A DNA stretch of 64,000 bases, taken from assembly GCA_043228905.1 (NCBI GenBank), contig JBHGNT010000010.1, forward strand, positions 7,130,001 through 7,194,000, given 5' to 3'. The notes under the pieces were generated by a model. The model had not been told where the DNA came from. It worked only from the letters and a program-made list of their open reading frames with translations, and searched no databases. Numbering within the stretch: the stretch's first letter is position 1; each line of letters begins with the position of its first letter. The translations under genes were made by a program, and so were the position numbers. Shown here in pieces: positions 1 through 13,526 of this stretch. The DNA comes from Azolla caroliniana. Lineage: Eukaryota > Plantae > Polypodiophyta.

Positions 1-1500
1 ACAATAAAGCATCATGATGAAAGAGAAATATGCAGATCATTGCACGGTATCTCTACACATTAGGTTTTGGGCCAATAAAGTTTTAGGCCCTTCAAAGAAT
101 TAAAAAATACATATTGAAATTAAGGAAAATGCCTTGAGAACTTCTCCCAATGCCCAGTGATATTTTATGATTACCATAGAAAAATGGCAAAAGAAAATTT
201 CTTTCATTCAACTAGGCCCAAGACATCTAGAAATCATATGCAAAAGAACATGTTGTACAATATTTGGCCATGCATGAGAGCCTGAGGAAATATTTTACTC
301 AGCTCACACTAGAGACTCTTCACACAAGATGAAGAAAAACCCAACACAGATCTAAGTTCGACTATTATCGTAATTACATTATTCCTCAATATTGGCTACA
401 AATTTAGCCGTACAAGATCCCATCATAATCTTGCAGATCTTTGGAAGTTCCACAGATGCCCAAACTCACTCCAGGCACCCATCATGCCCAAGAGGGTGAG
501 GCATTCCATCACACATATGTGCACAAGTTCACACAAATTGAAAATAGAAACATAATCTACCAGCACTGGTTGACTAACATCTCTATCTTCAGCAAATCTA
601 GTATGGGTTACATACTACCAACCAAACATTTATACATTGTCATCTTAAAGAGTTGCTTTGCCACCAAGCCTCAGCAGCTTACTAATCTACTGCACAAATG
701 GCATTACGCTGACACCCACTGATCAACTACTGGCATAATGTTTATGCCTCAGTTCAGGCCTATGGCATGGAGCGGCAAAACTCAACCTCCAATTGCAATC
801 TCATCTGTGGAATCATATGGAGGCAATTTGGTTATGGCATCTCCTAATGGAATTATTGTGTTCACAATCTGGGCCACTATTCTAGGTTGTGAATATCAAA
901 ACCACACTTCAGCTGGATACTCGACTTTGACTGGCTAGGTCACCTCAATAATATCCAGCAGCAATTTCACGAGGACATGAGCTAGAGTATAAGCTTACTT
1001 AAATGAAGGACTTCTCCGAAGATTAAAAGAATGAAACCTAGTACCAGGCCTGGAAGAGATTTTACTTACAAACTTGAGGACCTTATCTTCTTTACATTTA
1101 TGGCATCATGGAACCAAGGAACCCTTTTAAGATAAAATTCGTTGGGTGTTGTGATATTTACTATCACAAATCCTTGGCTACTACCATCTCGAATTTTCCT
1201 CCTCAAATCCAATAGATTCTTTCCTTTTCCACCATCCTGTTAAAACCCCAATTACACAGCACGAAATCCAGTGTTTCAGGCCACACCAAACACAACAAGG
1301 TACAATACTAGTATTTTTGGGAGCGTGCGATCATTGGAGATCTTGTCACCTATTGTCACTCTGTAATTGTTTGGAGAACTTCTTCTCACATACTATATAT
1401 CCTATTTCTGATTATGGCACCAAGATCTTCGCCACAGAGATACAATCAATGAGCTTAGAGACCCATCTTCAACTACTCCCCATTGGTAGTCACTGCTTTT
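1..1500 (+). mobile_element. Highly decayed LINE (L1-like) RT/3' remnant
   Basis: Only scattered motif-like traces: KYADHCT (~26-46, YADD-like), VVQYLA (~252, KYLG-like), YFWE (~1312, HIFWEC-like). No continuous ORF. Confidence 0.3.
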
Positions 1501-1934
1501 GAGAGGATGTTAGTAGTCTTAATGCCACATCATCAACGGCAGGGCATGATCTATAAAGTCCCTTCTATATTCCTGTAGATAATAACCTTGCTTTTCTGCC
1601 AAATCAAGTAAATCCTTGTATAAATCATATGATGCACTCTTTATCACCTGTTGGGCTGCTCAGATGCTTCTAGCTTGTCTATATCTTTATCTCCCTTATT
1701 CATTCTGTTATATGTGCTTATCTTACCTTTTCATCTTTTCATTCCTTTATTATTTTCACCTCTTCAGGTGAATGGTTAATTATACATGGATAAATTACTG
1801 ATCTTTGTTATGATCACTGGATACACAGCCACACTTCGAGATGTGAAGAATAAAGATCTAGAAGCAATATACTCTAAATCAATTGCATGTGAATTTACTG
1901 AGGAAAAACATTAAATCGAAGAGAGAAAACATAC

Positions 1935-2475
1935 CTATGGAGAGAGAGAGAGAGAGAGAGTTTTGAGGGCACTGCTCTCTGTTAGGTTTTTATCTCTCCC
2001 ACATGCGCGTTTTTTCTGCCTTTCTTTTTCAAAAACCCAAGTTGAAAGACTAGTTGCTCTGTTCCAGAAAACCCTAGGATAAAAACTAGGGTGAATAACA
2101 AACAGTAAAAATATAAACACCGGACAAAACTGGTCGAGAAAATGTTGTTTTTTCTTAACAGGAAATCGGACACTGAAGGCTATATATGCTCCAGCAACAG
2201 CTAGGGATTTCTGCAGAGAGACCAATATGGGCTTTCTCTACATACATATATATATATATATATACATGCTCTGTTCTGTTGTTCGTCATCGTTTCATCGT
2301 CTTTCTTTTAACCTGTCTTCGTTCTTCTTCGTATATATATAGTCTTTATAGATTTTGGTGGGTTTGAATATCTTAATTGGGATTTTAGGGCTTACAACTA
2401 ACTGAACAAAAAAAGGAAGAAGAAATTGGGGGGGGGGAAAGAGAAGAGAAGAGAAGCATTAAGCTCTATATACTG
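1935..2475 (-). promoter_or_regulatory. Putative TATA promoter and CT-rich 5'UTR exon of a gene running off the left edge
   Basis: The minus strand has TATATA at ~2466-2472, then a CT-rich leader, (CT)n at 1939-1960 and a consensus donor AG|GTATGT with the intron starting at 1934. No coding exon was seen in the window. Confidence 0.4.
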
Positions 2476-2479
2476 AGTC

Positions 2480-2488
2480 CTGACTGAC

Positions 2489-2519
<31 letters not shown>

Positions 2520-2589
2520 AGCCAGCCCATTAGAGAGAGAAAGACAGGCAGGCAGGCAAGACACAATAAATACATATCCTTGTGTGGCT

Positions 2590-2623
<34 letters not shown>

Positions 2624-3258
2624 TCATGTGATGATGATGGGCAGAGGATCACTTTTGTACATTGAATTCCATGTCATCACCATCACCATCTCCATCTCCA
2701 TCTCCATCTCCATCTCCATCATCATGTACATAGCTCTTCTTCTTCTTCTTCTTCTTCTTCTTCTTCATTCATGCACATGTTTATTAAAACACCACCACAT
2801 TTAGGAAACATTCTCCATTTTTGTCCACCCCCCTCTTCACTTTGGCCATGGCACCTCACACATTAACATACATACATACATACATACATACATACATACA
2901 TCCATAGAACGTAATATTCGTGTTCGTGGAGGCATTCAAACGTTTGAAAACGTACACGTTTGAAAGGGGAAAAATACGTGCTCCTTTTTTTTTTTCTTTT
3001 TTTCATTTGTTTACATTGCAAATTTAGCCCATAATATAGACCATAGTTAATCCAATCAAACGTGTCAAACCAATCCAACTTTTAGTTTATTTACCATTCA
3101 CGTTTTATTGAATCAAAACGCGAATGCGAATGCGCGTATGATACGTATGGTTCATTCTATGCTACATCCATGCATACATACATCCATGCATACATACATC
3201 CATACATACATCCATGCATACATACATCCATGCATACATACATCCATGCATGCATACA
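2480..3258. repeat. Microsatellite cluster: (CTGT)n, (GA)n, (CATCTC)n, (CTT)n, (CATA)n and CATCCATG-type repeats
   Basis: Directly visible. The CATA tract is split by the MITE at 2903-3161. Confidence 0.9.
2903..3161. mobile_element. hAT-type MITE, copy 1 (259 bp)
   Basis: Termini CATAGAA...TTCTATG. Both ends match the reverse complement of the 6711-6966 element. The flanks CATACATC/CTACATC form a TSD with a 1-nt indel. Confidence 0.75.
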
Positions 3259-6200
3259 TTAAAAGGCTAGGTTTTGTCCCTTTCTTCCATTCTACCCATG
3301 CTAGATCATGATCAGGGGGGGCAATAACGCTTGTTCATCGAAGCTTTGCACATGCTTGCCGAAAATCGATCCTCACGGAGTGATTCGGGTGAGACTTGAT
3401 GGAGATTCTACCTCCCCTTCCCCTCTTATGTGGGGGATTGGAGCAAAATCGACTTTGCGCTAACTTTAGGGTTTGTTTTATCGAGGATTAGTTGCAAACA
3501 CTACCCCATTCTAAGACAAACCTTGATTAAACACCGAACCTTCCAGTAAGCTAAACTTTGTCAATCTCTTTTGGTTGAATCCAAGATTACCATTAGCAGT
3601 TCTCGTCGTTGTATATAATTGATTTTGATGTGATATAACATGCTTTTTGTAAGGAATGTATATAGGCGATACGTCTTTATATGAACCACCTTGGAAATGT
3701 TCCTCACACCATATAGTTATTTATTGACTTCAAATATTCTTTGGTGGAGATCAAGGAATGTACAACTATTGAGATGGTCTATCACCATACCCTTTGTCTC
3801 GACTCTCAACAAACTTCATGCACACTATCTTCTCCCCTTCCCCCAATACAAGAAAATATACACATTAATATTATTCGAAACATCATTAAAGTAATGATTG
3901 CCTTTGAGAAGTATTCGCAGACGAATTCATTTGAAGCTCGAGGCAGAGTTATTTTGTTATTTGATTCACACCCTTGTATGTGTTGGAATTGTAATTCAAT
4001 GGTCTTTGTGGATTGATGCAATTCGGTTTCTTTGGGCTTGAAGTGGTGTGCACTAACAAGGAAATAGTGTGATTTCAATATTATAAAAACATTGTTTGAA
4101 TATATTCCTTCAATTATTCATCGTGATCGAAATGATGATACACATATACCTCGTCTCTACTTCAAAATTAATATACAAATATTGTCGCTAAATTGTGTAT
4201 GTGCATGTGTTGTGTGTGTAAATTTTGTCATCAAGAATGCATGGTCCAATGGATCTTTGGGTTCAACATGTACATGTACCTCCATGTGCACCACTATATA
4301 AAATAGTTGATGCGTGAAAGAATTTAGGTTAAAATTGATAAACATATCATGATTTCTCATTTATCTAGAGTTTTAAGTATGCAAATACTTTTCAGAAAGG
4401 CGTTATCAATTTAACAATTCGTGACTTATTACTAAAGTTTGTATTCATCTATTGAAAACAATGAAACGATGAGATTAGTCCAATTAAACTTTTTACTAGT
4501 TCTTTGATGATGATAAGCGTTTCAAAGATAGGAAACTTATAGTTATGACCACGATTTGAGCCTTTTCACATTTTCAATGTATGCATCCAAATATTGCTGG
4601 GGTAGAAGTTCAAACATTGTTTTTTTTGTCCTATTGTGTTATACATCTTTTACTTGTTACATTGTAGAGTGGAAACAAATGTATAGACATTCATCTAGGT
4701 TCTTGACTAATGGCAAGTAAATGGATTTACATGGAAGGAATTGAGGAATATGAATATTGAATACAATGACTTCGTGGGTTGGACTATTTATGCTACATGG
4801 TTTTAACAACATAGGACAATAAGTAATGGAGTCAAAATCCTCAAACCCTCAAAATCAATGAAATAAATGTTGATAAAAACAAATTTGTTTTATAGGTTCA
4901 AATCATCACACAAAAAGCCACAACTTGTGTTTATTAGACACAAAATTTGCCAAAGGACACCTTAGTCTCAACACATAGACATCTTAACAAAACAACAATA
5001 GCAAAACCCTTGCATGAATATAAAGGTCTCTTTGTTGGATCTTTGTTGTTGTAGTCCTAAGCAAAATGTTTCACATTTCTAATTACATGTGTATGTTTCA
5101 AGGTTCAAGGAAGGATGTAAGCTTGAATGATACCAAGGGAGAGCCTAGCCCTTATACCTAGTTCTAAGTACATAAGAAAAACCTACTACCCACCATTAGA
5201 ATATACTTATTGATGGTTTCCATGGTACTGACATTTATTGAGGCTCTTGTCACTCTAAAAAGGTAGAGGATGACCCCTTTCACTTCTTGATCCGAGGTAG
5301 CCTTTCTCCTTGTTGTCTACCTTGAGGATGTCTAGGTAAAAGCAAAATTGTGCAACAATATTTGATTGGAATATCACATTACACCATCTTAGGTAGAGTT
5401 CAAATGGACATCAAGCTAGGTAGTCAAATCGTATGCATCAAAATATGCTTGGATTGTATGTTCATGTGAGACGGAAACATATGTTTGCAAATCTAACTTA
5501 CATGAGTAAACTACTTGAACTTGGTACCCATTTTTCAAACCCTCACACATTGGGAGCTCGTGGAAAAATGAGTCTAAACTCTATCTTAGATACATGGAAA
5601 GGAAAACTAGGTAATTAAAACTTAAAAGTGTATGTGTCAACATATGCCAATGACACAATTGATAAACACCTAATCATCCATGTTCAAACCAGAAGTCATG
5701 ATCTCATTTAACTAGTTTTTGAGCACATATAAGCATATTTAGGTCAATTTTGATCATAACATGTTGGCTAGGTGATTTTTATATAAGAAAAAAAAAGGTG
5801 GGAATGATTTGGTAACTATATGAAGTTATGAGTTTAGAAATAATGCATGAATATGTGAGCTGAAATAAAATGACAAGAAAGGCGCATATTTGAGGAATAT
5901 GTTGGTAGTGATGATGATAGAAAGTTAAAAGGAGGATTCAAAAATATATTTTTTCCCTTTGAAGCACGATAGAGGATCCTTTCTTACCATAGTGCTTGCC
6001 ATGGATGAGCAGTGACCTCCAAAAATAAACTTGGAGATTTCATAATGATAAATTTAGAGAGAGAGCAATCATGTTAGGATCGAATGAGTAGAAAGGAGAT
6101 ATTTTAATGAAAAACTTAACGCATAATCAAAATAATGCCGTGGTTTGGCCTAGATGATTTAACCGTTGTTTCGGAAGGCCTTGGCCATGAGGAACACATC

Positions 6201-6710
6201 GTTAGGGATTGTAGGTACAAAAAACACATATAGTGAAAAAACATGCATTCACATATTGTCCAGTGTCAAATATTCAAAATTACAATGCATTTGAATTATA
6301 GGGCTTGAATGGAACCATAAGCCCGAAGAATCTCTATGGTGCCCGATTCAAAAAAGGTTGTGATGTACACTCTAACTTTATACATCCCCCAATGTCCACA
6401 CCATTCTTATCTAAGAAATTATCCCCAAGAGATTCAAGAGCTCACCTTATTAAAATTAGTCGATTTACGAGCTCATGCGGTTCAAGTCTTAACCAAAGCT
6501 TATGATGTTGCTTTCTAGTTTTAGATCATGCACATTGATCATTTGTGACAACTCAAAGGCTGAAATGATGACAAGCATTATTAACATAGTTATGTATTGA
6601 TTCATGACTTCATTTGTCTTGGGTGTGTAAACAACATTAATACTAGTGAATATATTGCTTGTAAATGTCGTAATATGAAGTGCATAAAAAATGGGCTTGA
6701 ACTCTAGAAC

Positions 6711-6966
6711 CATAGTACAAAGCATACGTACCATTCATGCATTAGCATTCGCGAACATTCTTATCGTTCGAGTATGATAAACACCCTCGAAGTATGGTAA
6801 ATACCATACTTTTGCACTCATTATTTATTATAAGGTAAATTTTTTTTAGGGTAAGAAAGTTAAGGTAAAAAGTGTAAAAAAACACACAAGAATTAACATA
6901 CACATTCGTTTGCAAACGTATGAAAACGAATGTTTAGGTTAACGAACGCGAATATTACGCACTATG
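6711..6966. mobile_element. hAT-type MITE, copy 2 (256 bp), inverted relative to copy 1
   Basis: Termini CATAGT...ACTATG, with a perfect 8-bp TSD TCTAGAAC at 6703-6710 and 6967-6974. Confidence 0.85.
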
Positions 6967-7299
6967 TCTAGAACTATCCATGGTCATCAACAAATACATC
7001 TCAAATATTCGTTTGAAATCTCCCTCTTTAGTTTATCAAGACATTTAAAAAAAAAAATCCAATTTGGCGTCAAGTTCTTATCTAATTGCGTTTTCTTACT
7101 TTGATCATGTCAGTCGCCTCAATTCCAAGGGCAAGACAACATTTATGATTATATAATAGGCACAATTGCCAAGTATATTGGGAAGCCACTACATCAAGGG
7201 TGTCCATTTGTTATTTTTCTAAAGCTACAAATTTCAAGGTTCATTCATAAACATGCTCTCCAATTTGAAATAAGTGACACTGTGAGTTACCAACCTTTT

Positions 7300-9230
7300 T
7301 GCACTAAATGGTTAAACTATATGAACCAATATGTGACATCTTGGCCATATGTGTACATAAGATCCTTTTCAAGATTGCAGAAATGCATGTGTTTTTAGAT
7401 TTATCTTGTACGTGAGCATCAAATTGGATGGTTTGTTTTTTTATTGGTAGAAGTACTGGTTATGCAAGTTTTATGAGCATAGCTAGAAACACAGTTTTAC
7501 GAATAAATATGCTCACCTTTTTATTTTTCACTCTCTCCACTTTCAACGAGGAAATGTAGTTGTTGTCATCCCTTTTTGAAGTAAAAGAGGACAATACCAT
7601 TATTTGAACTGTACGCCACCATTGCAAACTCTTTATGAACACGTCATCATGCATGTATGCAATGTAAAATGTTATCCTTAGGGACACATACAACAATTTT
7701 ATATGAAAGCCGTGATACTGTTATAAATGATTGTTAACCATACGATCAATGTCTAGACTTTATGTCCGAAAGCACTTTTGGTGTGAAAACATTAGAATAA
7801 ATTTGTAGGGGCTCGTGCACAAATATATGTACATATATAGATAGCTAAAAAAGAACGGTTCAATTCATTACTTTCACACATAGCTTACACTATTTTTAAG
7901 GGTATTTTCATAAATTGGATAGGAACATGTTTGTAGGCATTAAAATAATATCGATATACCTATCTTACAAATAGAAACTGCCCCCTTCCAATCAATAAAC
8001 ATGAATTTTCTATTTGTCCTTATTGTTCACTTATGTAATATGATACATTTGGGGGAATGCTCTCAACTTAGAAGCTATATGATTTCATTAATGACATATG
8101 CATTCGTTGGATTGCATAGAAAACATTATAGCTTTTATATTTAATTCAATTTCACAAATAATTACTGAGAAAAGTGAAAGTCGGTAAATCTTCCAAACAT
8201 ATGAATTGGTTGATTCAGTTTTGAAGAGATGCCAAACATCATATAAGATGTCCTCACCAAACAACAAATGATTCCTTATAGGGTCACTAGAAATATAAAC
8301 ATATAAAGTTGATATGTGAGATAGTGTATCCATTTGTGACCTAAGGTTGTGGCTTTAGGTCCCAAAGTTCTTCAAATGTTGTGCTTGTAAGTTATACAAA
8401 TTCTATATCTTTTTAGTTTGAGATAATGCACATTACTTGTTATTCCAAAGAATATATCATGACAAATCATTTTCCACAACCAAATGATGCAAAACAAGCT
8501 AACCAAATGTCATCATTTGGGGACATTATCACAACAAAAACATAGAAGGTTCTCACTTCTATATCCTCAGGTCTTTGTTGCTTGCTTTGGTAATGTCAAC
8601 CATTATGGGTAGTTGTTTTTCTTTTGTATTGGGTTACCACTTCTAATGATAATACCAAATGAATTTTGCTTCACGGGACGTCTAATTTGATGGCTCTAAA
8701 AAGCATATATGTATTGCTATCTAATGTTGTTGGCCATAAAAAAGAATTGGGGACACTATCTATCAATTCTGGAGTAAGGAAGGAATGTTGAAAAGGATTG
8801 CTAGAAACCTACCTACCAAAGACATCATTATTGGGAAATGTCCAGACAAAATCGACATTTGCAAAAGGCCAAAAATATGACACTTCCAAAACAATGGCGA
8901 AATTATGGCACTTTTACACATGTCACAAATATCATCATTTTGGAAGGAATGTGACAAACTTTTGTCGTTATGGAAATGCCAAAGTTCAGGATTTATATTC
9001 AAAATATATAAGGACGAGTGCTAGAATATCAATAGTAAATTTGTTGGAGTGTTGATATTTCCAACATCCTAAATAAATATTGATATTTTTGGATCAGAGA
9101 TAATCTCAAAATATTGCCAATATTAACCAACTACTAATACATTATGCATATAAGGTTTTCCACCTTTACCTAATTATTATTGAAGTTTTTGGCACCTTGT
9201 CAATACCATTGAAAATTCAGCATTCTAGAT
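7300..9230 (-). mobile_element. Decayed hAT (Ac/Tam3-like) transposase remnant with subterminal-like repeats
   Basis: SLQWWR (~7620) resembles the start of the hAT dimerisation domain. ATATT/GATATT-type repeats occur at 9000-9125. No termini found. Confidence 0.3.
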
Positions 9231-9234
9231 TATC

Positions 9235-9412
9235 GACAATTGAGTTTTTAGAACATTCATGTTTTTTGGTTGAATATAGCATGATATTTGTGATCTTTTC
9301 TATTTTTGGCGTATTACTAGTTAGACAATTGAGTTTTTAGAACATTCATGTTTTTTGGTTGAGTATAGCATGATATTTGTGATCTTTTCTATTTTTGGCG
9401 TATTACTAGTTA
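9235..9412. repeat. Direct tandem duplication, 2 x 89 bp
   Basis: GACAATTGAGTTTTTAGAAC...ACTAGTTA occurs at 9235 and again at 9324, nearly identical. Confidence 0.95.
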
Positions 9413-9849
9413 AACAATTTATTAACTGTAACTTTTCCATGAAATATTTTAATAGTAAACTATGACATGTGTATTATTGAATCATAGAGATAATTTCTAG
9501 TACTAGTGATTATAGTGCACCTCACCTCAAGGATGCACCTTAAATTGGGTTGAGGTGCATATGTAAGTGGCAAACAGTCATTGACCATTTAAAGAAATAC
9601 AAAGAGTATGACATCAAGGCATTCTATGAAAGATTAAGAAATTTAAATGATAGTAAAAAGATCTGCATAACCTAATCACGAAAATTGAATTCGAATTATA
9701 CAATTGAATTTATTTCAGTTGATGGGAAATATTGATAGTGTTTCACTCATCCTATCACCCTTAGATTAGGTTGTAGTGTCATATGAATGCTTGATGGCCT
9801 AATATCATTGCTCTCTCACGTACCTATTCTCATAGTGGTAACATGTTTC

Positions 9850-10200
9850 TACCACCTCTTGCCATCTCCAATGAGGCCATTAACCCCAACATCATCTTCT
9901 AGCTATAGAAATCTAGCTACGTATGTTTTTCTTGATCAACGACCTTAAGGAAAAGGAGTATTTTTCTCACCCCATCAAATCTTGGCCATGCCTCAAGAGT
10001 TAAGAAAAACTTCAAAACTTAGTAAGCATGCCGTCACACTCATGTGTCTTTTTCCCTGATGTTACCCACTCTTCAAACTCATATTGGCTCAGTTCATGGG
10101 TATCATCAAGGTTGAACTCTTGAATCAATGCCTTCATGAAAGACACCCAAAGGTTTGGGTCCTCTACAACTCCACAACATGACAATGTAAGATGTTGTCC
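9850..10200 (-). mobile_element. Decayed Ty3/gypsy gag remnant
   Basis: WVSFMKALIQEFNLDD...FEEWV...KILLFLK resembles retrotransposon gag. Stops are present. Confidence 0.4.
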
Positions 10201-10341
10201 CCTTGAAAAAGATAAATTGTCATGACAATTTTGAAAAAAAAAAAGTGTAGAAGCTAGTACACAAGACACAACCGACTTAGCTGGACACTGTCACAGACAT
10301 GACTACAATGATGTCAAGATTCAAACTCTTTACTTCTTGTA

Positions 10342-13300
10342 TGTTGAGATACAAGCTCAACATTGGGTGCGTAAACCGGTGCGTAGACTAGGTGCGTAAA
10401 CCGGGTGCGCAACAAGAGGCCATAGCGGTGCGTAAACCGGGAGGTTGTTGGATAGATATTCTGTGAAGGAATATATTTTGGGAGTTAGTGTAGGCGCTCA
10501 TTGATGAGCATTGAAGTACTTGTCAGTACTTTTGTCAGTTCGTATGGACTTTGTCTAAAAATGCTCTTTGAGCACATGCTATGTACAGAGTTTTAGAGTA
10601 TTGTTTTGGGATAGAGTTTTTCTGTGTTCTGCTCTCTCTGTCTCTCCCGCGTACGATGTGTTGATTAAGCTTTCCATTAAACCTTCCTTGTCTCTTGTCT
10701 TTTGTCTGTTGTTACTTGGTTGTGTCTATGAAGCTTCTGCACGTATTCTTTTACATGGTATCAGAGCGCGAGGGTTGAGAACCTCTACTGCCGACAAACA
10801 GAAAAACGCTAATCACAGTGAAGAACAGAAGAAGGAAAGAATGGATAGAGGAATGGCTAGCTCACTTCCGACGGAGAAGCTCGACAGAAGCAACTATGCA
10901 TCTTGGTCGTACAAGAGGCACCAGTACCTGCTCGGGCATAGCTACTGGAGTTATGTCGATGGAGCTAATGATGCAACACCTGAATCGACACACAGAGATT
11001 TCCTGGCCTGGGAACAGGCGGCAAGCAGAGTTCTCTACTACTTTGCATCCTGAGTGAGCGATCAACTTTTGAGCTATATTCGGGATGTGAGGACGCCGAA
11101 GGATGCTTGGGGAAATTGGAAAAAGATTTTCGCCGCAAGCACCACAGCCAAAAAACTCCAACTCAGGCAAGAGTTGAGCAATGTTCGACAACGAGATATG
11201 TCGGTGGCTGATTACACCTCCAAGATCAAGGACATCTGTGATGCTCTCGCCTCCGTTGATGTAAATGTCGAGGAGGACGAAATGGTGCAGGTCTGCCTAG
11301 GAGGGTTAGCATCAAAGTTCGGAGCATTCCGAACTGCTGTCTGTACAAGGAGAATACGTTGTCATTTTTTGACTTACGGTCGATGCTCCTCATAGAGGAG
11401 AACCACGTTGGTGCGTCAACGAGTACACACGCCAACAACATGATGTTGTACATGGAGGAAGATAGGCCCCGTGTTCGTGGCGGATGAGGCGAGTCGGCGT
11501 GCAATGGAGGCGGCCAACATGAGCAAGATGGAAGGCATGGTTGTAATGCCAACAATAGTTCTGGACCCTCCGGAAGCAGGGGGAGTTGAGGTGGCGTCGG
11601 AAACTGGCAAGGAAAGCCTAGCACAGAATGTTGGTACCGTGGCAAGAAAGGGCACAAGGAGAGCGAGTGATGGAAGAAACGCGCCGATTCTGAGAAAACC
11701 ACATCCAGCTCCGGGCGGACCGAACAAGGAAATCGACAGCGATTGCACTACGTTGAGGGCTCTGAATGAGCCGAAAATGGATCGGGCCCAACCTTTGTAA
11801 TGAAGCACAAGGCCAATTCGACGGTGGTGAACACCTCGAAACCGAACAAGGTATGGTTGGTATGTTGACTCCGGAGCGTCAAATCATATGACGAGTCACA
11901 AGGAATGGTTCTCGTACTTGGAGAAACTGGAAAAACAAAAAGTGGTCGAAACTGGAGACGACACTCCGCATACCATCGAACATGTTGGTGAAGTTCCCCT
12001 CAGCCACGTCGGGCAGAAAGGGAAACTCATGAACGTGCTACACGTCCCGACAGTAACGAAGAACTTGGTGTCGGTCGGACATATCATTGACCAGGGGATG
12101 CAAATTCAATTCACGCATCTCGGTTGCTACATCGAAGAAGAAGGGAAAGTCATTGTGCAAGGGCGCCAAGAAGGGAGGATGTTCATGCTCAACACCAATG
12201 AAGTTGGAACCACGTTATTTGCGAAAGGACAGAAGGTCGAGTCAGATATCAACCTATGGCACAAGCGGTTCGACAATGTTAACTTCCCGCGGCTTCGTGA
12301 AATGCAGATGAAAAACATTGTTTTCAGATTGTCGAAATTTAGTGGCCGGAATGGCCAAGTCTGTGAAGCCTACTAGCTCAGGAAATAGCACCGACTTTCA
12401 TTCCCCAACGAGCGTAATCGTACTCAAAATCCGTTGGATGTGCTCCATTCGGATGTATGGGGACCAACATAGAACGTGAGCATCGGAGGAAGCTGTTACT
12501 TCGTAACATTCATCGATGACTTCGCTCGGCACACTTAGGCATGCTTGATTGCAAAAAAGAGCGAAGTCTTCGCATGTTTCCTGAAGGTGAAGATCCTTGC
12601 AGAAAGGGAAACCAGGTGAAAGATCAAGTGCCTAAGGTCCGATGGTGGGAAGGAGCACTTCTCCGACTAGCTCTCGAGTTATCTACAGAAGGAGGGAATT
12701 CGATGTGAATTCTCATGTAGATACACGCCGTAGTAGAATGGCGTGGCCGAGAGGAAGAATCAGACGATAGAAGAGGCGGCAAGGGCGATGCTTGAAGAGA
12801 AACATCTGCCAAAGTTCTATTGGGCCGAAGCGGTCAGAACAGTCATCTATCTTCAGAATCGAGCATCTGCCAATGGAGGAGTGTCGCCACATGAGTTGTA
12901 CTTCAAGAAGAAGCCAAACTTGGCACACTTGAGGGTCTTCGATAGCATCGCGCATGTGCATGTGCCAAAGGAGAAACGGAGGAAGTTGGCCGCCAGAGAC
13001 GAGAAGTGTATCTTGGTTGGCTACTCGGACGAACAAAAGGGTTATAAGTGTTATAACCCCCGAACCAAACAATCTCTCGTAAGTCGTGATGTTGTGTTCA
13101 ATGAGTCTGCGTCGTGGTACTTGCCTTCGCCTCCAACCCCTGATGACTCCATTTTGATATCTGACGGAGAGGTTAGTGAGGCTGAAATGCCTCGGGATGA
13201 CGGAGACATTGGAGCTCTTGAAGAGAGTCTGATCTCATTCAAGCTAAGTGGGCCGAATGAGCAACTGAGTTGGCATGACCAGTCAGACACGACCATGCAT

Positions 13301-13428
13301 TCCCCATGCAAGAAGCCGAAGAGAAGGTTTACGCGCAAAGAGAAGGGAAAGAAGAAGATGTCGGAGTACAACACTGATAAAGAAGAGTCAGATCGAAGCG
13401 AATTCTAGTCCGAGAAGAACGAAGACGG
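10342..13428 (+). mobile_element. Ty1/copia element A (5' LTR, gag, PR, IN; truncated before RT)
   Basis: LTR 10342-10755 (TG...CA), PBS TGGTATCAGAGC (tRNA-iMet) at 10756-10767, gag MDRGMASSLPTEKLDR, PR DSGASNHMT, integrase motifs. Many stops and frameshifts. Confidence 0.92.
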
Positions 13429-13526
13429 TGTCGTGAAAATCCGTTACTATGTGCGGATCGTGAGGCAGAACCGCCAGGGTTCTAGACCAGAAGGATTCGA
13501 AGTTTGCACTAGCTTTAGCGAGAAAG
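13429..13526 (-). mobile_element. Terminal 98 bp of an H-family gypsy LTR inserted into A
   Basis: The reverse complement matches the end of the LTR at ~44026-44123 (CTTTCTCGCTAAA...TTCACGACA). Confidence 0.88.

Noticed and set aside
6160-6225. Zinc-knuckle relic (GHEEHIVRDC); similar faint integrase-like traces at ~53400-53900 and ~60700-61300
   Set aside because: Too decayed to delimit or assign by eye.
2903-6966. One 4-kb transposon bounded by ~25-bp TIRs
   Set aside because: The outer flanks share no TSD. Each end belongs to a separate ~257-bp MITE with its own TSD.
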